Below are positions 11,894 through 22,836 of a DNA stretch of 64,000 nucleotides, in pieces (the stretch's first letter is position 1; each line of letters starts with the position of its first letter). The DNA lies in assembly GCA_947452755.1 (NCBI GenBank), contig CANGDT010000003.1, positions 37,074 to 101,073 of the forward strand, written 5' to 3'. Below the pieces are notes generated by a model. That model was not told where the DNA came from. It saw only the letters and a list, made by a program, of their open reading frames with translations, and ran no database searches. This DNA is from Actinomycetota bacterium. Lineage in GTDB: Bacteria > Actinomycetota > Actinomycetes > S36-B12 > UBA5976. A program made the translations under genes and the position numbers.

Positions 11894-11940
11894 ACCCTTA
11901 TGTTCGTTAGGGTTTGAGGAAGTAATCGAACATAAAGGGT
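11894..11940 (+). promoter_or_regulatory. long imperfect hairpin in the rarA-alaS spacer, overlapping the probable alaS ribosome-binding region
   Basis: Left arm ACCCTTATGTTCG (11894-11906) pairs with right arm CGAACATAAAGGGT (11927-11940). That gives 13 bp with one bulged A and a 20-nt loop. No T-run follows. Confidence 0.4.
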
Positions 11941-11947
11941 GTGTGAC

Positions 11948-14611
11948 GTGGAGTCTGCGGAGATCCGGTCTCGTTTTTTGAACTATTTCGAGTCCAAGGG
12001 GCACACCGTCGTTCCAAGCGCGAGCTTGCTCCTCGACGATCCCACTCTGTTATTTGTTAATGCTGGCATGGTGCCGTTCAAGCCGTATTTCCTTGGTGAA
12101 GCGGCTCCGCCATACCCACGTGCATCAAGTGTTCAAAAAGTTGTTCGCACCCTCGACATTGAAGAGGTCGGGAAAACCACTCGACATGCGTCCTTTTTCC
12201 AAATGTGTGGAAACTTCTCTTTTGGTGACTATTTCAAAGAAGAAGCCATTCCATATGCCTGGGAGCTTCTGACATCACCTGTTTCAAAAGGCGGGTATGG
12301 GTTCCCTGAAGAGAAGTTGTGGGTCACCGTTTACCTTGATGACGATGAGAGCATCGACATTTGGCATAACAAGGTTGGCGTTCCGCTTGAACGCATTCAA
12401 CGCCGAGACATGGCAGATAACTACTGGTCAATGGGCGTACCGGGACCATGTGGACCATGTTCGGAAATTTATTACGACCGTGGTCCCGAGCATGGTCGCG
12501 AGGGTGGTCCAATTGCTGACGAAACCCGCTACCTGGAGGTGTGGAACCTCGTCTTCATGCAATACGAACGTGGCGATGGTCCAGGTAAAGAGGGATACCC
12601 AATTCTGGGTGAATTGCCAGCCAAAAACATTGATACGGGTATGGGTCTCGAGCGGATGGCTGCGCTCTTGCAGGGTGTGGAAAACATCTACGAAATTGAC
12701 ACCACACGCCTAATTCTGGATCGCGCATCTGAACTTACGGGCGCGAAGTATGGCAACAACGAACGTAATGACGTTGCACTTCGTGTGGTTGCAGATCATG
12801 CGCGCACATGTGCGTTCCTTATTGCAGATGGTGTGCTGCCAGGTAACGAGGGCCGCGGATACGTACTGCGTCGAATTTTGCGTCGAGTAGTCCGCAACAT
12901 GCGGTTACTGGGTGCCCACGAGCCGACGATTGCCGAACTTATGGACGCGAGCATTTTGGCTATGGCTCCGCAGTACCCAGAATTGGCAATTGATCGCAAT
13001 CGCATTGTGTCGATTGCGGTAGGCGAGGAAGAATCATTTCTTTCGACGCTTGAACGTGGTACAGCGATGTTTGACATGGCTGTCACTGAGCTGAAGGCAG
13101 CGAAGTCAACAGACCTAAGCGGCGAGTCTGCTTTTGCCTTGCACGATACTTTCGGTTTTCCCATCGATCTGACGCTCGAGATGGCTGCTGAACAAGGTGT
13201 CAAAGTCGACGAAGCTGGATTCCGAGCGCTCATGCAGGAACAACGCTCTCGGGCAAAGGCAGACGCACAGGCACGAAAGAGCGGCGTTGCCGCCGTTACG
13301 GTTTACCGCGACATCATGGGTAAGTCCGGCGTCACAGATTTCACTGGCTACACCCAAGTTGAATCAGAGGGCACAGTCACAGGTCTGATTGTCGACGGGC
13401 TCGATGTCACCTCGGCAAACGCTGGCGACGAAATTGAAATTCTCCTGTCACGCACTCCTTTCTATGCAGAGAGTGGTGGCCAACTAGCGGACCATGGTGT
13501 GATCACGCTTAACGATGGTACGCGTGTGGAAATTGCAGATGTACAAACTCCAGTGCCAGGACTTTTTGTCCACCGAGGTCGCGTCGTTGATGGTGTGATC
13601 TCTGTTGGTGCTTCCGCAGTCGGCCATGTTGACGTAGAGCGTCGCTTAGCCATTTCGCGCGCCCACACAGCAACACACATGGTACATAAAGCGTTCCGCG
13701 AGGCACTCGGCGAGACCGCAACACAAATGGGTTCAGAAAACAGTCCAGGTCGATTCCGTTTCGACTTCCCAAGTGCTGGCGCAGTCCCGGCTTCTGTGAT
13801 GAACGAAGTCGAATCACGCGTCAATGAGCTGCTCATCAAAGACTTGCTCGTCACAAGTGAAATTATGAGCCAAGATCAAGCTCGTGCCACTGGTGCCATG
13901 GCTCTCTTTGGTGAGAAGTATGGCGACAAGGTTCGCGTGGTGAGCGTGGGTGATTGGGCCCGCGAACTCTGTGGTGGCACGCATACAACAAGTTCAGGTC
14001 AACTAGGTGTCGTGACATTCCTATCCGAGTCATCTATCGGTGCTGGTGTTCGGCGCGTAGAGGCACTCGTTGGTGCGGACGCATATCGCTTCCTAGCTCG
14101 AGAGCACCACATCGTCTCGCAACTTGCTGAAATGACCAAGGTTCGTGCCGATGAGTTGCCCGACCGTGTCGGGAAGCTCCTTGAGCGCGTTCGTCAGGCT
14201 GAAAAGGACATTGCCAAGGCTCGGAGCGCCGCAATGCTAAGCGACGTTGTTGGACTCTTAGGCACACCTGACAAGTTCGGGGATACATCACTGTTCCGCT
14301 TTATCGCTCCGGCCGGAACAACTGCAGGTGAGTTGCGTGACCTCGTCACGGCCGCAAAGTCACAAGTTCCGACGAGTAACTACGTTCTTGTTGGAGCAGT
14401 CACCGAAGATGACAAAGTCGCACTCGTTGTCACAACTGATTCTGCTGCACGTGACAGTGGTGTCTCGGCAAACGATGTCCTCAAAAGCGCTTTGCCGCAC
14501 GTCGACGGTCGCGGTGGCGGAAACGCCGAAATGGCACAAGGTGGCGGCGCACTGATCAGCGGATTAGATTCCGCCCTAACCCACACAACGGACAGTTTGC
14601 GTGACAACTAG
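11948..14611 (+). CDS. alaS: alanine--tRNA ligase
   Basis: About 887 aa. Motifs: EIRSRFLNYFESKGH, WNLVFMQYER, the editing-domain HTATHMVH...CGGTH, and a C-terminal DHHA1 region. The start is GTG at 11948 (preferred) or GTG at 11939 (track). Confidence 0.95.
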   Translation: MESAEIRSRFLNYFESKGHTVVPSASLLLDDPTLLFVNAGMVPFKPYFLGEAAPPYPRASSVQKVVRTLDIEEVGKTTRHASFFQMCGNFSFGDYFKEEAIPYAWELLTSPVSKGGYGFPEEKLWVTVYLDDDESIDIWHNKVGVPLERIQRRDMADNYWSMGVPGPCGPCSEIYYDRGPEHGREGGPIADETRYLEVWNLVFMQYERGDGPGKEGYPILGELPAKNIDTGMGLERMAALLQGVENIYEIDTTRLILDRASELTGAKYGNNERNDVALRVVADHARTCAFLIADGVLPGNEGRGYVLRRILRRVVRNMRLLGAHEPTIAELMDASILAMAPQYPELAIDRNRIVSIAVGEEESFLSTLERGTAMFDMAVTELKAAKSTDLSGESAFALHDTFGFPIDLTLEMAAEQGVKVDEAGFRALMQEQRSRAKADAQARKSGVAAVTVYRDIMGKSGVTDFTGYTQVESEGTVTGLIVDGLDVTSANAGDEIEILLSRTPFYAESGGQLADHGVITLNDGTRVEIADVQTPVPGLFVHRGRVVDGVISVGASAVGHVDVERRLAISRAHTATHMVHKAFREALGETATQMGSENSPGRFRFDFPSAGAVPASVMNEVESRVNELLIKDLLVTSEIMSQDQARATGAMALFGEKYGDKVRVVSVGDWARELCGGTHTTSSGQLGVVTFLSESSIGAGVRRVEALVGADAYRFLAREHHIVSQLAEMTKVRADELPDRVGKLLERVRQAEKDIAKARSAAMLSDVVGLLGTPDKFGDTSLFRFIAPAGTTAGELRDLVTAAKSQVPTSNYVLVGAVTEDDKVALVVTTDSAARDSGVSANDVLKSALPHVDGRGGGNAEMAQGGGALISGLDSALTHTTDSLRDN

Positions 14612-15077
14612 TTTGCCCCGTGGTTCGCGCGTTGGTATCGACGCAGGATCGGTGCGAATCGGTGTCGCTGCAAGCGATCCAGACGGCACGATGGCGTTTC
14701 CAGCTGCGACGGTCTTGGCGAACGAGACTTCCGTTAAGGAAATCATTGCCATCATTTCCGAACGTGGTGCGAACTGTGTCTATGTTGGCTCGCCAATTTC
14801 GCTCACTGGTGGCGCAACCCAGTCAACTGTCATGGCTCACACCCTTGCCGATGAAATTGCTCAAGCAACGAAAGCACTCGATTTCCTTGTTGATGTGCAA
14901 CTTATTGACGAGAGACTCACCACCGTGTCGGCGGCAAGCCAGCTTCGGGATGCGGGTCGAAACGCCAAGACCAGTAAAGCAATCGTTGATCAAGCCGCTG
15001 CAGTTGTCATACTTGAACAGGCACTAGACATTGAAGGCCGAACAGGTGCGCGAGCTGGAAAACCAGTAGGGGAGTGA
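14601..15077 (+). CDS. ruvX: Holliday junction resolvase-like RuvX/YqgF
   Basis: 158 aa YqgF family (GIDAGSVRIGVAASD...DERLTTV). Overlaps the alaS stop, which is the conserved alaS-ruvX-mltG order. Confidence 0.85.
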   Translation: MTTSLPRGSRVGIDAGSVRIGVAASDPDGTMAFPAATVLANETSVKEIIAIISERGANCVYVGSPISLTGGATQSTVMAHTLADEIAQATKALDFLVDVQLIDERLTTVSAASQLRDAGRNAKTSKAIVDQAAAVVILEQALDIEGRTGARAGKPVGE

Positions 15078-15078
15078 C

Positions 15079-16110
15079 ATGAGGAAGCTTGTTGCAATAC
15101 TTCTGCTCATTGTTGCCGCCGGCTTTGGTATCCAAAAGGCTATTGTCATATTTTCTGGACCACCGGATTACTCGGGTACGGGCACAACTTCTGTCACGAT
15201 TGAAGTTACCGAAGGTCAAACTCTCGCGGCAGTTGGCAACACCCTAAAGCAAGCGCATGTCGTGAAGTCTGTTGATAGCTTTATCGCCGCCGCGCAGGCG
15301 AACCCAGATTCGGGGCATCTGCAGCCCGGTGTTTATCAGCTGAAACTGCACATGTCGTCAGCGTCTGCGTTGGCTTCGATTTTGAATGGCCAGTCGCGAG
15401 TTAGCAACAAAGTTGTTATTCCCGAGGGTAAACGTGTGACGTGGATTCTGAACCGCATTCACCAAGCCACCAAGTTGCCGCTTGTTGATCTTCAGGCGTC
15501 GGTAGATCATGCGCAATCTTTCGGACTTCCGGCGTATGCCCATGGCAATCCGGAGGGTTTTCTTTTTCCTGCGACATACAGTTTTTCGCCAACAGCAACT
15601 TCGGATGATGTTATTAAGGCAATGATTGCGAAGTTCAACGAACAGTCCGCAGCAATCAATCTTGATAATCGAGCAAGTGCAATAGGCAAGACGCCATATG
15701 AGATTTTGAAAGTCGCGTCATTATTGCAAGTTGAGGCACATCCGCGAGATTTCTCCAAAGTTGCACAGGTGGTCTACAACCGTCTTAATGCTCCAATGAG
15801 ATTGCAATTCGATTCAACGGTCAATTACGGATTGAAAAAATCTGACGTGATTCTGACTACTTCTCAACTTGCTATCGATACGCCTTACAACATGTACCTT
15901 CACGATGGTTTGCCGCCGACTCCAATCAATAATCCGGGGACAGCAGCCATTGAAGCTGCATTAACTCCAAAAGCGGGGAACTGGCTTTACTTCATCACTA
16001 CAAATCTCGACAGTCAAGAGACAAAGTTTACGGATTCGTACAACACTTTCTTGACCTACAAGAATGAGTTCCTCGCGTACTGCAGTGCTCACCAAGGGAA
16101 GTGTTACTAA
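15079..16110 (+). CDS. mltG: endolytic murein transglycosylase MltG (YceG family)
   Basis: 343 aa. N-terminal TM followed by a YceG-like domain (EGFLFPATY..., ASLLQVEA, YNMYLHDGLPPTPINNPG). Confidence 0.9.
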   Translation: MRKLVAILLLIVAAGFGIQKAIVIFSGPPDYSGTGTTSVTIEVTEGQTLAAVGNTLKQAHVVKSVDSFIAAAQANPDSGHLQPGVYQLKLHMSSASALASILNGQSRVSNKVVIPEGKRVTWILNRIHQATKLPLVDLQASVDHAQSFGLPAYAHGNPEGFLFPATYSFSPTATSDDVIKAMIAKFNEQSAAINLDNRASAIGKTPYEILKVASLLQVEAHPRDFSKVAQVVYNRLNAPMRLQFDSTVNYGLKKSDVILTTSQLAIDTPYNMYLHDGLPPTPINNPGTAAIEAALTPKAGNWLYFITTNLDSQETKFTDSYNTFLTYKNEFLAYCSAHQGKCY

Positions 16111-16922
16111 TGAAGGCAGCCGTCCTAGGTTCACCAATCAGTCACTCGCTATCACCAGTGTTACATCGGGCCGCCTATAAGGCCCTCGCTCTCCCGCACA
16201 CCTACGAAGCAATAGAAATCAACGTTGAAGGCTTTGGGAGCTTCATCGACACCTTGGATGACGCATGGCTCGGCTTGTCACTGACTATGCCGTTGAAGGA
16301 AGTGGCGTTTACGGTCGCAAATGTCGTCACCGATACCGCATCGCTGACTCAAAGTATTAACACGCTTGTTTTCGCCGACGAAATTCGAGGTGAGAACACT
16401 GACGTATATGGAATTTCAGCGGCCATCACCGAATGTGTTCAAAGCTCCATGGCGTCTGGATATATTTTGGGCTCTGGTGCAACCGCTCGCTCAGCCATCA
16501 TGGCGTGTTCTGAATTGGGGATATCGTCCATCACACTTGTTGCGCGTAATCCTGAATCCATTGCGATCTGTACAGAGTTGGCCCACGAGTTGGGGATAAC
16601 TTTCCGGCAGATAACCGCACCAGACGCAGAATTGAATGAGGTTGACGTTGTTATCAACACAACGCCACAGGGTGTTGCCGATCAATGGACCATGGCAGTA
16701 CGCAGTCCACGAGGTGTGTTACTCGACGCTGTTTACAAACCACATCCAACCGAGCTTGTTCAAGCATGGTCATTGCAGGAGGGAATAGCGTGTCCTGGCT
16801 ACAACATGCTGTTACATCAAGCGGTGCGCCAAGTCGAACTCATGACAGAACTTCTTGGTCCCATAGATGCTATGCGCGATGCACTTTTGACCGAACTGCG
16901 CAACCAAGGCACTATCGACTAA
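16110..16922 (+). CDS. aroE: shikimate dehydrogenase
   Basis: AVLGSPISHSLSPVLHRAAY... matches the shikimate DH N-terminal substrate domain. The ATG at 16110 overlaps the mltG stop (TAATG). The track start at 16101 is also possible. Confidence 0.85.
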   Translation: MKAAVLGSPISHSLSPVLHRAAYKALALPHTYEAIEINVEGFGSFIDTLDDAWLGLSLTMPLKEVAFTVANVVTDTASLTQSINTLVFADEIRGENTDVYGISAAITECVQSSMASGYILGSGATARSAIMACSELGISSITLVARNPESIAICTELAHELGITFRQITAPDAELNEVDVVINTTPQGVADQWTMAVRSPRGVLLDAVYKPHPTELVQAWSLQEGIACPGYNMLLHQAVRQVELMTELLGPIDAMRDALLTELRNQGTID

Positions 16923-16935
16923 AGGCACGACAGTC

Positions 16936-17421
16936 GTGAGCGACTTGCATTGGCTTCCCATTGTGGTCGGGATTCCGTCAATGATTCGATTGTCGATCAT
17001 TGATTTTCGTTCTCATCGATTACCCAATGTTCAAGTAGCAGCCATGATTGGCTCCGTTGCATTGAGCATGACACTCACTGCAACACTTTGCGAGACGTGG
17101 TCTAACTGGCGGCTGGCCTGGATGATTGCAATCTGCAATGTGGTGGTTTACTTCGTTCTTTGGCTGATGAGTCGCGGACAACTTGGGATGGGAGATGTTA
17201 AGTATGCATTCCCACTTGGTCTGCTTGTCGGGTGGAGCAATCCCAGCGTGTGGCTAGATGCAATCTGGTGGACCTTCATCCTTGGCGGAGCAATTGCAGG
17301 TCTAAACCTCTGTGTCATGCGATTTCGCTCCCAACGAAGAAAACACAATCAGGTATTGCCATTGGGGCCCTACATGTCGATCGCATCCTTCATCGCGGCA
17401 ACCTTGCCAATCTGGCATTAG
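16936..17421 (+). CDS. A24-family prepilin peptidase-like membrane protein
   Basis: 161 aa polytopic membrane protein with a GMGDVKYAFPLG motif typical of type IV prepilin peptidases. It sits in the conserved position inside the actinobacterial aro operon. Confidence 0.7.
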   Translation: MSDLHWLPIVVGIPSMIRLSIIDFRSHRLPNVQVAAMIGSVALSMTLTATLCETWSNWRLAWMIAICNVVVYFVLWLMSRGQLGMGDVKYAFPLGLLVGWSNPSVWLDAIWWTFILGGAIAGLNLCVMRFRSQRRKHNQVLPLGPYMSIASFIAATLPIWH

Positions 17422-17508
17422 GTCGGATTTCACAGAGCAGCACTCCCATCTCGGGTCAGTGCGCGTGGTGATTAGCCACACATGCGTTCATCATGAAACA
17501 ATAGGGAA

Positions 17509-18684
17509 ATGTTGCGTTGGCTTACTGCAGGCGAGTCTCATGGCCCTTCACTGACGGCCATCGTAGAAGGCATGCCTGCCGGCGTGAGCGTCACAACATC
17601 TGACATTCAAGATGCGCTGGCTCGTCGTCGCCTCGGGTTCGGGCGCGGCGCTCGGATGAAATTCGAACAAGACGCGGTGTCCATCACTGGTGGCGTTCGC
17701 CACGGGTTGACTCAAGGTGGACCTATTGCAATTTCTATCGGCAATTCCGAATGGCCGAAATGGGAAACTGTCATGTCCGCTGACCCAGTTGACGCCGCGG
17801 ATTTGGAAAACGTTGCTCGCAACGCACCGCTGACACGTCCAAGACCAGGTCATGCCGATCTGGCTGGAATGCAAAAATACGGACTGGACGATGCTCGGCC
17901 AATCCTTGAACGCGCCAGTGCTCGTGAAACAGCAAGTCGCGTTGCGTTGGGTGAAGTGGCCAAGCGTTTTCTGAAAGAAGTAGCAAACGTTGACGTGTTT
18001 AGTCACGTCGTATCCATTGGAACACAGGCAGTCGGCAATCATGAACTGCCAACAATTGCAGATTTGAACACAATCGATGAAGATCCCGTGCGTTGCTTTT
18101 CCATTGAAGCTAGCGCCCGCATGCAAGAGGAAATTCGGACCGCCCAACAAGAAGGCGACACACTTGGTGGCGTTGTAGAAGTCTTGGCTTATGGGCTACC
18201 AGTTGGCTTGGGTAGCCACGTCCATTGGGATCGTCGACTTGATGCCAAACTTGCGTCAGCGCTGATGGGCATCCAGGCAATCAAGGGTGTCGAAGTCGGA
18301 GACGGTTTTGCAGCGGCAGCCAATCGTGGTTCGGTTGCACATGACGAAATTTTCAGCGAGAACGGCAAGCTTGTGCGCCACACGGGTCGAAGCGGCGGTA
18401 CCGAAGGTGGAATGAGTAACGGAGAAGTTCTTCGCGTGCGGGCCGCTATGAAGCCAATCTCGACCGTTCCACGCGCATTAGCGACCGTTGACGTTGCCAC
18501 AGGCGAGGCGGCGACCGCAATCAACCAACGGTCAGATGCGTGCGCTGTTCCTGCAGCCGGCGTCGTAGCGGAGGCCATGGTGGCGCTCGTGCTCGCTGAC
18601 GCGATGCTTGAAAAATTTGGTGGCGACCATGTCACTGAGACCGCACGTAACATTCGCGCCTACCGCGACACCTTGGGGCACTAG
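17509..18684 (+). CDS. aroC: chorismate synthase
   Basis: 391 aa. [25 protein letters not shown]..., [22 protein letters not shown]. Confidence 0.95.
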   Translation: MLRWLTAGESHGPSLTAIVEGMPAGVSVTTSDIQDALARRRLGFGRGARMKFEQDAVSITGGVRHGLTQGGPIAISIGNSEWPKWETVMSADPVDAADLENVARNAPLTRPRPGHADLAGMQKYGLDDARPILERASARETASRVALGEVAKRFLKEVANVDVFSHVVSIGTQAVGNHELPTIADLNTIDEDPVRCFSIEASARMQEEIRTAQQEGDTLGGVVEVLAYGLPVGLGSHVHWDRRLDAKLASALMGIQAIKGVEVGDGFAAAANRGSVAHDEIFSENGKLVRHTGRSGGTEGGMSNGEVLRVRAAMKPISTVPRALATVDVATGEAATAINQRSDACAVPAAGVVAEAMVALVLADAMLEKFGGDHVTETARNIRAYRDTLGH

Positions 18685-19196
18685 TGGCATCTGCAATCGT
18701 CTTTGTCGGTGTTCCTGGCGCAGGAAAAACGACAGTAGGGAAGCGGGTTGCTCAACAACTCAACCTTCCATTTTTTGATAGCGACCAGGTCATCGAGCAA
18801 CGATCCGGAAAGTCAGTCTCCGATATTTTCTTGCAAGATGGTGAGCCCATTTTCCGCGCACAAGAAGCCAGTGTTATTGCAGAGTTGCTTCAACAAGGCG
18901 ATTGTGTTGTGTCACTTGGTGGCGGCGCCCTTGCCAACGACAGCACACGGGCTTTAGTAAAGTCAGCAAACTGCGTGTGGCTCGAAACTGGGCTAGCCCA
19001 AGCAGTCGAACGCGTCGGAATGAATCGAAATCGACCTTTATTGCTCGGAAACGTGCGGGGCCAACTCGCTGATTTGATGAGTGCACGTGAACCGTTTTAT
19101 CGCGAAGTGGCCTCCCACACCGTCAATACCTCAGCGCTCGGAGTTGACGAAGTAGCTTCTGCGATTGTGACGATCTTGACGAGCGAGACGCAATGA
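18684..19196 (+). CDS. aroK: shikimate kinase
   Basis: 170 aa. P-loop GVPGAGKTTVGK, then FFDSDQVIE and LGGGAL. The GTG start overlaps the aroC stop. Confidence 0.9.
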   Translation: MASAIVFVGVPGAGKTTVGKRVAQQLNLPFFDSDQVIEQRSGKSVSDIFLQDGEPIFRAQEASVIAELLQQGDCVVSLGGGALANDSTRALVKSANCVWLETGLAQAVERVGMNRNRPLLLGNVRGQLADLMSAREPFYREVASHTVNTSALGVDEVASAIVTILTSETQ

Positions 19197-20269
19197 CAAC
19201 AATTGAAGTAAAAGCCGAACACAATTACGACGTCGTCGTCGGGCGCAACCTTCTTGACAACATCTTTCAATATCTTGAAGGGGCCGACCGCGTAGCAATC
19301 ATCCATCCAGAGGCATTGCGAGTGACGGCCGAAGAATTGCGTAACTCACTTAAAGGATTTTCGGCAATCGCCATCGAAGTACCAAACGGCGAAGAGTCCA
19401 AGACCGCCAAGGTCATGGAATTTTGTTGGATGGCATTGGGTCAAGCGGGGTTCACTCGCAACGACATGATCATCTCGGTCGGTGGCGGTGCGACAACTGA
19501 CCTTGCTGGTTTTGTGGCAGCAACTTGGCTACGTGGGATAAAGATTGTGCACGTTCCAACTACTCTTCTAGCGATGGTCGATGCGGCTGTCGGTGGGAAG
19601 ACAGGTATCAATACCGCCGAGGGCAAAAATCTAGTTGGCTCATTCTTTTCACCCACTGCAGTTCTGTGCGATCTCAATGCACTTGAGTCGATGCCTAAAA
19701 ACGACTACATCGGGGGACTGGGTGAAGTCATTAAGGCCGGATTTATCCGCGACGAGAGAATTCTTGAACTCGTTGAGTCTGATCCTGATGGCTCGACCTC
19801 TCCACACTGGGCGCATACCGAAGAAATCATTTGTCGGGCGATTCAGGTTAAGGCGGATGTCGTTGGTGGCGACCTCAAGGAGCAACTCGGCACTTCGGTT
19901 GGTCGAGAGATTTTGAACTACGGACACACATTTGGTCACGCTATCGAAAGAGTTGAGCGTTACCAATGGAGACACGGCGCAGCTGTCAGCGTCGGGATGA
20001 TGTTCGTTGCGCATCTTGCAAACATGAGTGGGAAATTGAGTGACGGATTGGTTGAAAGGCATCGCCAGGTGCTTTCCGCTGTGGGTCTGCCAACAAGTTA
20101 CCGCGATGGTGTGTGGCCACAACTGCTAGAGGCAATGAAAGTTGATAAGAAATCTCGTGGAGATTTGCTGCGATTCGTAATTCTTGAAGGAATTGGGCGC
20201 CCGGCTCTTCTTGAGGGTCCTGATCCCGCGTTGCTTGTTGCCGCTTACCAAGAAGTAGTGGAGAGTTAA
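19193..20269 (+). CDS. aroB: 3-dehydroquinate synthase
   Basis: 358 aa. GGGATTDLAGFVAATWLRGI, VDAAVGGKTGIN, and HTFGHAIE metal-binding motifs. Confidence 0.95.
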   Translation: MTTIEVKAEHNYDVVVGRNLLDNIFQYLEGADRVAIIHPEALRVTAEELRNSLKGFSAIAIEVPNGEESKTAKVMEFCWMALGQAGFTRNDMIISVGGGATTDLAGFVAATWLRGIKIVHVPTTLLAMVDAAVGGKTGINTAEGKNLVGSFFSPTAVLCDLNALESMPKNDYIGGLGEVIKAGFIRDERILELVESDPDGSTSPHWAHTEEIICRAIQVKADVVGGDLKEQLGTSVGREILNYGHTFGHAIERVERYQWRHGAAVSVGMMFVAHLANMSGKLSDGLVERHRQVLSAVGLPTSYRDGVWPQLLEAMKVDKKSRGDLLRFVILEGIGRPALLEGPDPALLVAAYQEVVES

Positions 20270-20272
20270 GCC

Positions 20273-20701
20273 ATGCGCACAGTATTAGTTCTGAACGGAC
20301 CGAACCTCGACAAGTTAGGTACTCGTGAGCCGATGGTCTACGGCAATACAACGATTGCCGACATCAGTGCAATGTGTGTTTCATTCGGTGCGGACCACGA
20401 CATGAGCGTTGACTTTCGTCAGACAAATTCTGAGGCAGAACTAATCGGCTGGCTTCACGAAGCAGCTGAAACTTCCACTCCTGTTGTCATGAATCCAGCA
20501 GCATTCACTCACTACTCAGTGGCTATTAGAGATGCCGCTGCGATGCTTACTGCGCCGTTGATTGAAGTTCATCTTTCCAATCCGCTGGCGCGTGAAGAGT
20601 TCCGCCACACATCACTGATTAGCGGTATCGCTCACGGAACGATTAGTGGATTCGGTGCACAGTCATACATTCTGGCCTTGCAGGCGCTTGCAACACTGTG
20701 A
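20273..20701 (+). CDS. aroQ: type II 3-dehydroquinate dehydratase
   Basis: 142 aa. VLNGPNLDKLGTREPMVYG, NPAAFTHYSVAIRDA, EVHLSN. Confidence 0.95.
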   Translation: MRTVLVLNGPNLDKLGTREPMVYGNTTIADISAMCVSFGADHDMSVDFRQTNSEAELIGWLHEAAETSTPVVMNPAAFTHYSVAIRDAAAMLTAPLIEVHLSNPLAREEFRHTSLISGIAHGTISGFGAQSYILALQALATL

Positions 20702-21777
20702 ACAAGGGTTCTCCTTTGCATGATTACAGCTCACGCATTGCGAGAGTTCAAAAGGACTTGTCACAAGACGCGTCACTCCTTGTGACAGATGCTCTAAACA
20801 TTAGATATCTTTGCGGCTTCAGTGGCTCCAGCGGTGCACTGGTGATTGATAGGGAATCAGCCACTCTGGTTACCGACGGACGGTACGTGGAACAAGCCCA
20901 CTCGGAAACCTTTTCGATTCTTATTTTCGAATCACGATCATTGTTTGACGGTGTTGGGAAAGTTATCAAGACTGGGCAAGTATTTTTTGAACCAAATAAC
21001 CTCACGATCACTCAGTACGAACGACTTAGTGGAACGCTTTCCGGACGCACGCTTATCAAATCTTCAATCAACATCGAGTCGATTCGCGTTATCAAAGATA
21101 ATTCTGAAATCGCACTCATCGAACAGGCGTGCGCCATTTCGACAACTTCACTCCACGAATTGGTCTCGTCTGGTTTGCTCGGTCTTTCAGAGAAAGCCAT
21201 CGCGCAGCGCCTCAATGCGCTCATGATTAAGCATGGCGCGGATGGGCCTGCTTTCGATTCCATAGTTGCCACTGGACCGAATTCGGCAATCCCACACCAT
21301 CAGCCAACTGATCGACCATTCACGCATGGCGATCTTCTCAAAATTGATTTCGGTGCCCTTGTCCTGGGCTATCACGCTGATTGCACGCGAACGTTCAGTG
21401 CAGGTGAGCCAACTGCATGGCAGCGGGAGACATATGATGCGGTTTACACAAGTCAGACAGCTGCAACAGCCATGGTTGCCGCCGGGGTTGCGCTCACAAG
21501 TGTTGATCAGTGTGCACGGGGTGTGATTGCATCTCTAGGGCGTACAGCCGAATTCGTTCATGGGCTCGGGCACGGCGTCGGCCTGCAGATCCACGAGGAC
21601 CCGTTTTTGTCCGCCACAGACGCCACTAGACTTGAGGAAAACATGGTGATTACCGTAGAGCCTGGGTTGTACGTACCAGGACTCGGCGGAGTTCGGATTG
21701 AAGACACCTTGGTCGTGACAGCCTCGGGCAGTAAGAATCTGACAGTATTCCCATACGAATTAATCAACATCAGCTAG
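20698..21777 (+). CDS. M24-family Xaa-Pro aminopeptidase/dipeptidase
   Basis: 359 aa. Creatinase-like N-domain plus a pita-bread fold ([31 protein letters not shown]). Conserved position between aroQ and efp. Confidence 0.85.
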   Translation: MNKGSPLHDYSSRIARVQKDLSQDASLLVTDALNIRYLCGFSGSSGALVIDRESATLVTDGRYVEQAHSETFSILIFESRSLFDGVGKVIKTGQVFFEPNNLTITQYERLSGTLSGRTLIKSSINIESIRVIKDNSEIALIEQACAISTTSLHELVSSGLLGLSEKAIAQRLNALMIKHGADGPAFDSIVATGPNSAIPHHQPTDRPFTHGDLLKIDFGALVLGYHADCTRTFSAGEPTAWQRETYDAVYTSQTAATAMVAAGVALTSVDQCARGVIASLGRTAEFVHGLGHGVGLQIHEDPFLSATDATRLEENMVITVEPGLYVPGLGGVRIEDTLVVTASGSKNLTVFPYELINIS

Positions 21778-21819
21778 CACACAAGCGCACTGATACCCGT
21801 AGGCATCTAGGAGAATCTC

Positions 21820-22380
21820 GTGGCATCAACCAACGACCTGAAGAACGGTCTGGTACTCAACATTGAAGGTCAGCTTTGGACCGTCGTGGAGTTTCAGCAC
21901 GTCAAGCCAGGTAAGGGTCCTGCTTTTGTGCGCACCAAACTTAAGAATGTACTCACAGGAAAAGTTGTAGACAAGACATTCAACGCTGGCGTTTCAGTTG
22001 AGACTGCCAATGTCGACAAGCGCAACATGCAGTACCTGTACAAAGATGGCGATGACTATGTATTCATGGACTTGGAAAACTTTGATCAGTTCACTGTCTT
22101 AGCAGCCACTGTTGGCGATGCATCGAAGTACATGCTTGAAAACCAAGAAGCAGTCGTTGCGATCCATGAGGGCGTTGCTATTTACATTGAACTACCTGCA
22201 AGTGTTGAACTGATGGTCACGTATACCGAACCAGGTCTGCAGGGCGACCGTTCCAGTGCCGGTACCAAGCCTGCAACTTTGGAGACTGGTGCAGAGATTA
22301 AGGTCCCACTGTGGCTTGAAACAGACACCAAGGTGAAGGTCGACACTCGTGACGGCTCTTACCTCGGTCGCGTTAACTAG
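21820..22380 (+). CDS. efp: elongation factor P
   Basis: 186 aa. NDLKNGLVL...[26 protein letters not shown] start with AGGAG upstream. Confidence 0.95.
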   Translation: MASTNDLKNGLVLNIEGQLWTVVEFQHVKPGKGPAFVRTKLKNVLTGKVVDKTFNAGVSVETANVDKRNMQYLYKDGDDYVFMDLENFDQFTVLAATVGDASKYMLENQEAVVAIHEGVAIYIELPASVELMVTYTEPGLQGDRSSAGTKPATLETGAEIKVPLWLETDTKVKVDTRDGSYLGRVN

Positions 22381-22769
22381 TGCGCACCCGAACTAAGGCA
22401 CGCCAGCGTGCTGTCGAGGCAGGTTTTGAAGCCGAGGCCCGCAACGTCACGGTGCAGGATGTTTTTGACCGCAATCCTGATGTGAATGATTACGCTGTCG
22501 AGCTTGCCGTTCTCGTCCAAGACAACAAGGCACGTATCGACGAAGCTATCAATACTTATGCCCTTGATTGGCCAGCAGATCGAATGCCAGCTGTTGATCG
22601 CGCAATCGTGCGTGTTGCATTAGCCGAATTGATATTCAAATCTGAGGTAGACGCTTCCGTTGCTATCTCAGAGGCGCTAGAAATTGCTGGAGTCTTGAGT
22701 ACCCCTGAATCAAGTAAGTTCATCAACGGCCTTCTGGGTCGCGTAGCAATAATGCGCGAATCGATTTAG
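22380..22769 (+). CDS. nusB: transcription antitermination factor NusB
   Basis: 129 aa. R..AR..A....F..E and NusB-fold motifs (VDRAIVRVALAEL, EALEIAGVLS...FINGLLGRV). Start overlaps the efp stop. Confidence 0.9.
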   Translation: MRTRTKARQRAVEAGFEAEARNVTVQDVFDRNPDVNDYAVELAVLVQDNKARIDEAINTYALDWPADRMPAVDRAIVRVALAELIFKSEVDASVAISEALEIAGVLSTPESSKFINGLLGRVAIMRESI

Positions 22770-22836
22770 TACCAGTTTTTCTTTGCGGCAAAAACTAAGC
22801 CCGCGTAATTGTCTGGATTTGTTCACAGACTTTGTG

